NCBI GenBank assembly: GCA_035761325.1 | Contig: DASTRG010000179.1 | Span: forward strand, 10,879 to 74,878 | Direction of reading: 5' to 3' | Source: Rhizomicrobium sp. | GTDB taxonomy: Bacteria; Pseudomonadota; Alphaproteobacteria; Micropepsales; Micropepsaceae | Length of the DNA: 64,000 nt | In this document: positions 18,406 to 25,630 of the stretch, piece by piece | How positions within the stretch are numbered: the stretch's first letter is position 1 | Layout: each line of letters begins with the position of its first letter | Notes under the pieces: model-generated | Database searches by the model: none | Told to the model about the DNA's origin: nothing | Seen by the model: the letters and a program-made list of their open reading frames with translations, nothing else | Translations under genes and position numbers: made by a program

Positions 18406-19449
18406 TCAAATCGAAAAATTTGGGTGACCCGCGGGCATCCGGAGCGTCATCCGGGGCGGGGCATCGCGGCCGTCCTTGCCCAGCCGGCGTTCCCAGGCGA
18501 GAGCACTGCCAACAATCGTGTCGATGCTGTCAAAGCGCGGTACCCATCCCAGCCGGGCCTTGAGCCGGCTGGGATCGGCCACAACCGAGGCCAGGTCGCC
18601 TGGACGTCGCGGCATCTCGCGAACAGCGAGCCTGCAGCCCGCTGCCCGTTCAACGGCTGTAATGATCTGGCGCACGGAATAACCGGAGCCGTAGCCGCAA
18701 TTGAACACGCCGCTATCGCCACCCTCCCGCAGGTGTCGCAACGCCAGCAGGTGCGCCGCCACCAGGTCGGACACGTGAATATAATCGCGCACCCCGGTTC
18801 CGTCCGCTGTCGGATAATCGGTGCCGAAAATACCAAGATAGGGGGCACGACCCAATGCTGTCTGGCAGGCCAACTTGATCAGATGGGTAGCGCGCGGCGT
18901 CGATTGGCCAGTGCGCCCATCCGGGTCAGCACCGGCAACATTAAAGTAGCGAAGCGCAACATAGCGGAAGGCGCCGGCACGGGCGCCGTCTTCCAGCATC
19001 CATTCGGTCATCAACTTGGAGCGACCATAGGGCGAAGCCGGCACGGTGGGCGCCGTCTCTGCCACGGTCTTGGCCTCGGGCGTTCCATAGACGGCGGCGG
19101 TTGACGAGAAAACGACACGCCGTACTTCGGCATCCGCCACCGTCTCCAGCAAAGTGCGCGTCTCCGCCACATTATTGCGATAGTAGAACAAGGGACGTTC
19201 GACCGATTCCGGAACCACCGCAGCCCCGGCAAAGTGGATCAGCGCGTCGATGTCATGGTGCGCCAGGATTGCGCGAACCAGATGTTCGTCGCCGACACTG
19301 CCCTTGACAAAGGTGCATTCGGGTGGGACCAGCGCGCGCAGTCCCGTCGAGAGATTGTCCAGAACAACGACATCCTCACCCTGTTCGAGCAGCGCCAGGC
19401 ACATATGACTGCCGATATATCCTGCGCCCCCGGTCACCAGCACCGTCAT
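18406..19449 (-). CDS. galE: UDP-glucose 4-epimerase
   Basis: VTGGAGYIGSH, HFAG...ESVERPLFYYRNN, FSSTAAVYG, SPYGRSK (YxxxK), LRYFNVAGA, RDYIHVSDL. Confidence 0.95.
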   Translation of the reverse strand: MTVLVTGGAGYIGSHMCLALLEQGEDVVVLDNLSTGLRALVPPECTFVKGSVGDEHLVRAILAHHDIDALIHFAGAAVVPESVERPLFYYRNNVAETRTLLETVADAEVRRVVFSSTAAVYGTPEAKTVAETAPTVPASPYGRSKLMTEWMLEDGARAGAFRYVALRYFNVAGADPDGRTGQSTPRATHLIKLACQTALGRAPYLGIFGTDYPTADGTGVRDYIHVSDLVAAHLLALRHLREGGDSGVFNCGYGSGYSVRQIITAVERAAGCRLAVREMPRRPGDLASVVADPSRLKARLGWVPRFDSIDTIVGSALAWERRLGKDGRDAPPRMTLRMPAGHPNFSI

Positions 19450-20819
19450 GATGCACCTCTCCCGGCGAACTGGGTGTTGGGCCGGAATCCGGCACGCAGA
19501 TCGGACGGTGAAGTGCGGATCGCGACGGCCGGAAGGCCGATCTCGCGCCAGCGCGGCATTTTCTGCCGCAGGGTTTGCGACGCCGGCTGTCGCACCAGCA
19601 GCGCCAGCGCGCCGGAAAGCGACAGGAGAATGAAGAACCCGTCATAATAGGCCATCGACAGCGCCGCGCCGCCAACGAGATAGCCGGCAATGCTGATCTG
19701 CAACGTGCGCGCCAGGTGACCCGCCCAGTCCATCTCCGGCCTGTCGCGGGTGGCACTGATAACGATGGAGGTATTGAACAGCGCCGCCACTATCAGCATC
19801 AGGTAGAGCGCCAGGCCCATGAAGCCATGGTCGCCCAGCACCTCGAAGTACATGCTGTGCGCCGCCCGTCCCTCCGTAAGTCCGCCAGGCACGCTGTAAA
19901 CCTGTGCCACCCAACTCAGGTCAATTGCCGAGAATCCGCCGCCCAGGAAGCGCAGGCGCGCGATCTCAAAGCTGGTACGCCATGCCTCAACCCGTCCCTC
20001 GAACGAAAGATCCTGGTGGTAGGACTGAATTGTCGACATGCGGTGGAACCAGTCGCCCGGCATCAGGCTCGGCAGCGCGACCAGCAGAAGGGCGCCCAGC
20101 ACCAGGGGCGTCACCCCGGCACGCGTCCGCGCCGCATACACGACCGCCGAGACCGCCAACGCCAGCAATGCACCGCGTGAATAGGTTCCGATGATCGCCA
20201 CCAGCGTCAAACCCATCGCCACCAGAAGAGCCTTCGTCACCAGCGTGGACCGGCTGGTAACGCGCAAATAGTTCATCAACGGCAGGAGCATCACCAGCGC
20301 CAGGCCGAGCTGGTTGTTGTCCTCGATCATCGACTGTGCTGGACCGAAGACGTGGCTGCGCCCGCCGGTCAGAAGGACGAACCCGCCGCCCTTCACGGCG
20401 TAATATCCCAGCGAAACGACTACCACCCAGACCAGTGCCTGGACCCGCGCCTTCGTGTTGACCAGCGCCAGGATGGCAAGCGCCAGGATGACGGTCTTTA
20501 CCGTGCGGTCCCAGATGACAAAGGAATAGGCGGGGTCCAGCGCGTTATAGGTTGTAACGCTGACCCATAGTGCGAACAGGATCAGCATTCCCGTGACCGA
20601 ATTGAGCGGTGCCGTCTTGCGTTCGCGCGAAATCGCCCAGGCAAAAACCGTCAGCAGCGTGATGTAGAAATTTATCTCGAAGCCGTGCAGAAACCCGAAC
20701 ACTTCGCGCTGCGGGTTGAACAGTGTCACCCACGTCCAGGCCAATAGGCCGACCTGCGGCGCACGCAGGATCATCGGCACCAGCCCGGCCAGCGCTACCA
20801 GAAGCAGAAGATCGCGCAT
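19446..20819 (-). CDS. O-antigen ligase/Wzy-like protein, exosortase A-associated putative O-glycosylation ligase type
   Basis: Multi-TM protein with NPQR, DNNQLGLAL, TYSRGALL, GRVEAW, AHSMYFEVLGDHG. ATG 20819 after GGAG. ATGA overlap with galE. Confidence 0.85.
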   Translation of the reverse strand: MRDLLLLVALAGLVPMILRAPQVGLLAWTWVTLFNPQREVFGFLHGFEINFYITLLTVFAWAISRERKTAPLNSVTGMLILFALWVSVTTYNALDPAYSFVIWDRTVKTVILALAILALVNTKARVQALVWVVVVSLGYYAVKGGGFVLLTGGRSHVFGPAQSMIEDNNQLGLALVMLLPLMNYLRVTSRSTLVTKALLVAMGLTLVAIIGTYSRGALLALAVSAVVYAARTRAGVTPLVLGALLLVALPSLMPGDWFHRMSTIQSYHQDLSFEGRVEAWRTSFEIARLRFLGGGFSAIDLSWVAQVYSVPGGLTEGRAAHSMYFEVLGDHGFMGLALYLMLIVAALFNTSIVISATRDRPEMDWAGHLARTLQISIAGYLVGGAALSMAYYDGFFILLSLSGALALLVRQPASQTLRQKMPRWREIGLPAVAIRTSPSDLRAGFRPNTQFAGRGAS

Positions 20820-20967
20820 CACTCCAACAGACGCAGTTGTTCAGAGCAAGGTCGCAAGGCCGTGCAAGACGTGGAATACCCACTGTTTGGCAGTGCAATA
20901 AAATAAACCTCTTGTCCTGGGGCACAGGCCATGAGACCCATTCGACAGCTCCACGCGAGAGGCTGGG

Positions 20968-21225
20968 ATGAGCTCAATTCTGTTCGCCATGGAAGTGGTT
21001 GCCTTTCTTGTGGTGGCCGTCTGGGCCTACCGCAATGATCGGGTTGGAGCCGAGGAAGGCGGCACCGGCCTTTTGGCCTTCCGCTCCGCCAGCGACGCAC
21101 CCCCGGCAAGGCCTCAGCGCTGGCGAAAGGATTTTCGCGCCAAGGGAATTTATGCCCGCCGCAGCGATATGACTAACGCGCCGCAGCCGCGCTGGAAGTC
21201 TCGGCCGGCGCCGCGGCGGTGGTAA
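20968..21225 (+). CDS. Small single-TM hypothetical protein
   Basis: GAGAGG RBS, N-terminal hydrophobic helix ending WAYRND, then GLLAF. Fills the gap divergent from the ligase gene. The 3' end overlaps the convergent GT4. Confidence 0.5.
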   Translation: MSSILFAMEVVAFLVVAVWAYRNDRVGAEEGGTGLLAFRSASDAPPARPQRWRKDFRAKGIYARRSDMTNAPQPRWKSRPAPRRW

Positions 21226-22387
21226 TCAGATCGCGCGCCAGGGCTTCGATACGATTTGCATTGCTTGTCCAGGTGAAGGGGGTTGTTTCCACCGCCCGGC
21301 GCGCGCCGGCGCCCACATGCCGGCGCAATATCGAATCGTGGTAAAGACGGGCCACTGCGCTCGTGAATGACGCCTGGTTTTCCGGCTTGAACAACAGCGC
21401 ACTGTAGCCGTTGACCAGCACTTCGCGAATGTTGGGCTGATCCGGCGCGATGATGGCGCGCTTCAGTGCCATATACTCGAACAGTTTCATCGGCGAGGCA
21501 TAGGCGACCGCGGCAGGTTGCAGGGCCACATCGAAAGCGCGCATATGGGCCGCAATCTCGGCATGCGGCACCCGTCCGGTGAAATGCACCCGTTCCGCCA
21601 CCCCGCGCTCAATGGCCCTTGCCCTCAGTGAGGGCAACGCCGGCCCATTGCCGACGACAAGCAAATGCGCGTCCGGCGGCAGCCCTGCCAGCGCGTCGAC
21701 CGCCCATTCCACCCCATGCCAGGCGCGCACGAAGCCCGCGAACCCCAGCACCACGTCGTTTGGTCCAATGCCGAAGCGGCGCCGGATGGCATTGGCTTGA
21801 GCCTCTCCCACCTTTTGCGAAAGGTCGGCTCCATTGTGCACAACATATATCCGGCCATCGGGACCGCGCACCTGGCGCACCATTCCAGCCAGCACACCGG
21901 TTACAGGCAAGGCGACATCGCAACCTCGCCACAGTGCTGCCTCGCAGGTCCGGGCCAGATATCCCAGCGACAATCCCCCCGCTGCGGCGCGCTCCGCCGC
22001 CAGGGGCGAATTAATTTCCAGAAGCATGGGCAGTCCTCGCCGCCATTTGAGAAGCAGCCCGGCAACCAAATACAGGTTGTAGCGCTCGTAAAGAATGTCG
22101 GGGCGGAAAGCGCGAGCGGCAAGCGACAGGCGCCAATAGGCGGGAATGTTGTAGGTCAGTTCCAGCAACTCGAAAAGAAAGGCCGGCAGATGCCGGCGCA
22201 GCCAGTCCGTCACCGCCTCCAGACGGTCGGTTCCGGTGCCGCGCGATGTCGCGCCTCCCGCCGGGCCAACCACCAGCACGTCGTGGCCGCGCTCCCGCAA
22301 GGCCGCAACGATCTGCTCTATGTGCACGCGCATGCCGTCATTGGCGGCCGTGCGGTGGTGGTAAAGAATACGCAGTGGCCGTGTCAT
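21173..22387 (-). CDS. Glycosyltransferase family 4
   Basis: Start 22387 (MTRPLRILYHHRT), LYERY, LLEINSP, GFAGFVRAWHG, SPMKLFEYMA. Confidence 0.9.
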   Translation of the reverse strand: MTRPLRILYHHRTAANDGMRVHIEQIVAALRERGHDVLVVGPAGGATSRGTGTDRLEAVTDWLRRHLPAFLFELLELTYNIPAYWRLSLAARAFRPDILYERYNLYLVAGLLLKWRRGLPMLLEINSPLAAERAAAGGLSLGYLARTCEAALWRGCDVALPVTGVLAGMVRQVRGPDGRIYVVHNGADLSQKVGEAQANAIRRRFGIGPNDVVLGFAGFVRAWHGVEWAVDALAGLPPDAHLLVVGNGPALPSLRARAIERGVAERVHFTGRVPHAEIAAHMRAFDVALQPAAVAYASPMKLFEYMALKRAIIAPDQPNIREVLVNGYSALLFKPENQASFTSAVARLYHDSILRRHVGAGARRAVETTPFTWTSNANRIEALARDLITTAAAPAETSSAAAAR

Positions 22388-22391
22388 TGGA

Positions 22392-23912
22392 TCAACCCCG
22401 AAACAGGATAAGTGCCTCCGCGAGAAGCATCGCGGCCATGGCTGCCGCGCACAGGGCGCGCCGTGCGATGGCGCGAATACGCGCCAGGACAACGCGCCCC
22501 GCCGTCCAGGCAATGGTCACGCCGAAAAGCAGTATCGGACACAGAAACCAGCTGAGCAATGGCGGGCCCAAAGCTCCATCCGGATCGCCACTGTGCGCGT
22601 AAAGCGCAAGCACCAGGGCGCTGACATATCCGGTGGCCATGCCCAGAAGCGGCAAACTTGTGCATTCCGCCCGCTCCGCCGGCGACTGTCTCAGACCAAC
22701 CCGCACGAGCGCGGCATGACGGTGCCATGCGGCAGCTCCGATGAAGAATGGGGTTGCGAAGGCTATCTGCCAGAAGAAGGGCGTGACACCCAGCACGATC
22801 GCACCCGCTGTCAGCCGGTGCAGATCCAAGGCGGCGAGCCCAAGGACATCCAGCCCCGCCACGCGCTTGAGCCAGAAGGCGTAGGCCAGCGCCAACACGG
22901 GATAAAGCACCAGCCAGCCGGCGAAAACCGGCGACACAATCGCCGCCAGCACAAAGCCCAGGGCCGCGACAAATCCTGCAAGGACCAACGCCCGGTCGAA
23001 TTCCAGATGACCGGAAGCCAGGGGCCGCCGCCGCGTGAGAGGATCGCGGCGGTCTTCAGACAAATGCGCCATGTCGGCCACCAGATCGCTCGCCGCCGCG
23101 ACCAGACACAGGGCACAGAACGCACAGTAAAGCGCAACCAGGCTATGGAAGGCAGGCACGCCAAGCGCGAGCAGCGGAGCAAAAATCAGAAGGCTGCGTG
23201 GCCAGCGAGAGGGCCTCAGCGCGTCCAGCCAGGCAAACGGCCGGCGACGTCGTTCGACCAAGATGTCGGCGGTCTGGCTATTCCAGGTGGGATGGTCCAG
23301 GACACGCGGCGCCGGGGACGCGATTATCGCCCGTCGCGCCGTGGCCCAGGCGGGGATGTCGCACGTCCCCTCCCCCACATAATCAAAACCGGCGGGTCCG
23401 AATATCGAACAGAGCAGCCGCGCGCGGGATGCCGCGCTCAATTCGTGATCGCCGTCGCTGCCGAGGCTGTAGGTAAAAATGCCCAGATAATCGGCAACGG
23501 CGCGCACCGTTCCGTGATAGTCCGCGCCGACCAGGACAAGGGTGCGTCCCCGGGCCCGCTGATCACGCAGAAACCGCAACGTTTCCTGGCGAAATGGCAG
23601 GATGGCTGGATCCATACGGGCCATTTCCCCCAACCTGGCCTTGAGCTGTGCCGGATGACGCCAGGTGCCGAACAGCAGCGGCAACAGCTTTCCTGGCCGC
23701 GTGCACAGAAGGGTCAGCGCAGCTTCCTGGGTAATCCGGCCGCGCACGAGCGCGCCTTCCACCGCCACGCAGAGCGGCACATCCCGGTCCATATCCCCGC
23801 CTTCCAGCCGACGCTTCAGCGCCAGCGCCCGCAGCAGACGCAAGGACGGCGCCCGTCTGGACGCGGGCTGTTCCACAATGATGTTGGGGGCCGGCAGGGG
23901 ATAGGCCGTCAT
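22392..23912 (-). CDS. Degenerate HAD-UbiA fusion (polyprenyl-phosphate phosphoribosyltransferase-like, catalytic motifs lost)
   Basis: Collinear with 45625-47097, but PLCVAVEG replaces PLCVDLDG, RPSRWPRS replaces RPHQWVKN, ADMAH replaces NDATD, and the C-terminal HDDP is missing. ORF intact. Confidence 0.8.
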   Translation of the reverse strand: MTAYPLPAPNIIVEQPASRRAPSLRLLRALALKRRLEGGDMDRDVPLCVAVEGALVRGRITQEAALTLLCTRPGKLLPLLFGTWRHPAQLKARLGEMARMDPAILPFRQETLRFLRDQRARGRTLVLVGADYHGTVRAVADYLGIFTYSLGSDGDHELSAASRARLLCSIFGPAGFDYVGEGTCDIPAWATARRAIIASPAPRVLDHPTWNSQTADILVERRRRPFAWLDALRPSRWPRSLLIFAPLLALGVPAFHSLVALYCAFCALCLVAAASDLVADMAHLSEDRRDPLTRRRPLASGHLEFDRALVLAGFVAALGFVLAAIVSPVFAGWLVLYPVLALAYAFWLKRVAGLDVLGLAALDLHRLTAGAIVLGVTPFFWQIAFATPFFIGAAAWHRHAALVRVGLRQSPAERAECTSLPLLGMATGYVSALVLALYAHSGDPDGALGPPLLSWFLCPILLFGVTIAWTAGRVVLARIRAIARRALCAAAMAAMLLAEALILFRG

Positions 23913-24535
23913 CCCACGGTACTCCCGGCGATGCCAGCGGGTTCCGTGCGGGAGGCGTGCCTCATGCGGGCGGGCGGCGCAATGGCGAAGGTGGGATCTT
24001 GGGCATAGTTGGCGGTCATCGCCCGGATAGGTTCATGCACAGAGTCGTAAGCAGCTGCGACTTCGGGGGAAGGGTCGACGTTCAACAACCTCGCGAGCGC
24101 CCCCCGCGTAAGGGCGGCATAGCCACCGCCCCGATAGGCAGGGCCACTCGCCAACAGAACATAGCCGGCCTGCTTCGCAAGTTCGTCGCGATAGAATTGT
24201 GAGCCGGTCAAGAGATAGGGATAGCTTAGCGATGGTTGACGGCTATCGTCCGGCGTCCATTTGTTGTCAGAGACATAGGCCACACGCAGCGCCGGCGCCG
24301 GCCCTGGTATCCTGACCACGGCGTGACGAACCGACCCGTCCGGCCACAGCGCCTTGGGATCGATTTGCGATTGCGCCGGAATATTGTTCAGGCTGGCCGA
24401 TAGAGCCTTGCCGGGGTACGGCCCTTCGGTCCGGCCCAGCATCAGCACGAGCAACAGCGCGATCTTTGCAGCCGTCAGCAGGCGGCGCCGCCACACCGGG
24501 GCGCATCCCAAGCCGGATACAGTATCCGCGGTCAT
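23909..24535 (-). CDS. Internally deleted mini-paralogue (208 aa) of the secreted protein at 25631-27658
   Basis: Three collinear blocks shared with the large protein (QIDxKA..DGSVRHA; QPxLSY.PYL.TGSQ.YRDEL..QA.YVLL; DPTFAI.PP). ATGA overlaps at both ends. Confidence 0.75.
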   Translation of the reverse strand: MTADTVSGLGCAPVWRRRLLTAAKIALLLVLMLGRTEGPYPGKALSASLNNIPAQSQIDPKALWPDGSVRHAVVRIPGPAPALRVAYVSDNKWTPDDSRQPSLSYPYLLTGSQFYRDELAKQAGYVLLASGPAYRGGGYAALTRGALARLLNVDPSPEVAAAYDSVHEPIRAMTANYAQDPTFAIAPPARMRHASRTEPAGIAGSTVG

Positions 24536-25335
24536 GTATCGTCCAGCAGATCGAGCGCGTGCATGGCGCGCGCAGCAGCGCGGCGCCAAATCTGGCCATT
24601 AATCTCCCACCCATAAGTCTCGTACGCCAGAGTCTGAGGGCTAGGGGGCAAAAGGAAATTGTAGGACGGCGCGCGTCTGAATGCTTCCTGCATGAGCGCA
24701 AAACCCGCCAGCGCCGCGGCCTGCGTCTGGTGGCAGTCCAGCATGGCACGTTTGAGGACAATCTCCCCGGGGTCGAGCTGGAATCGCTCCACGGGCCCGG
24801 CACCGGGGTGGGACATGAACTCGCCATACACCATCTGTCCGTTCGACATGTGATAGCCTGCCATCTCGACAATGCTAGGCACGGGCACGCCCTGTCGTTC
24901 GAGTAATTGGCAGGCGCCGTGAACTGCCAGCGCGGTTGCATCATGGTCGGGGTCGCCGCCCTCATAGGCATGCGTGATGATCGTGGAGAAGGACCCTGCC
25001 CTGAAAAGGCGCACCATCTGGCGCACCAGCCGGGTCAGATGAAAAACCACCCGCTGGTCAGGCAACCCCAGATTCGTCACCGGATTGAGCGGACGGGGCA
25101 GCAGCGAGAGCGCCGCCTCGGCCTCGCGCCTGCGCGCACGGACATAGCGCCAGTTGCTGGAAAGCCCCACGCGCGCGCTCCGACCGTTGCCCGGCACCCC
25201 GCCGGTCACCGTGACCACACCCGCCGTCTCAAGCCGGCTCAACATGGCGCCGGCACCGATCACTTCGTCGTCGGGATGGGCGCTAACCACCAGGGCAGAC
25301 TGATGCGCAGGTTCCGACAGCGGAAACGGCCGCAT
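24532..25335 (-). CDS. PIG-L/LmbE-family deacetylase, variant paralogue
   Basis: SAHPDDE motif. GGDPDHD instead of GGHPDHD. Start uncertain (25335 or up to 25434). Confidence 0.82.
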   Translation of the reverse strand: MRPFPLSEPAHQSALVVSAHPDDEVIGAGAMLSRLETAGVVTVTGGVPGNGRSARVGLSSNWRYVRARRREAEAALSLLPRPLNPVTNLGLPDQRVVFHLTRLVRQMVRLFRAGSFSTIITHAYEGGDPDHDATALAVHGACQLLERQGVPVPSIVEMAGYHMSNGQMVYGEFMSHPGAGPVERFQLDPGEIVLKRAMLDCHQTQAAALAGFALMQEAFRRAPSYNFLLPPSPQTLAYETYGWEINGQIWRRAAARAMHALDLLDDT

Positions 25336-25630
25336 ATCCGGAACGGATCGCAATTGATCATCCTGCCCGTGACTTGCCAAGCCGCGCCCCTGGTCTGGCC
25401 CAGATTGGTTGAGAAGTGACCAGACGACCAACATGTCTCATGTGGTTAAAATTCGACAGAAGACTAAGACGGCCCGGCCTGGTTCCGCGTGCCCAAGACT
25501 GGGTATTCTCTTTGCGGCAGCCTGCTTCTCAGGGTTATCTCATGTAATCAGGCGGCTTCTGGACCGCACTCTGGTCACCCTGGTTCGCCGGTCATCATGG
25601 CAAGGCCGCGTGGCCACTCGAGCCAGGCGA

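Noticed and set aside
24536-24589. Upstream start (24589) for the mini-paralogue ORF
   Set aside because: It lies inside the PIG-L gene. ATG 24535 forms an ATGA overlap with the PIG-L stop and is more plausible.
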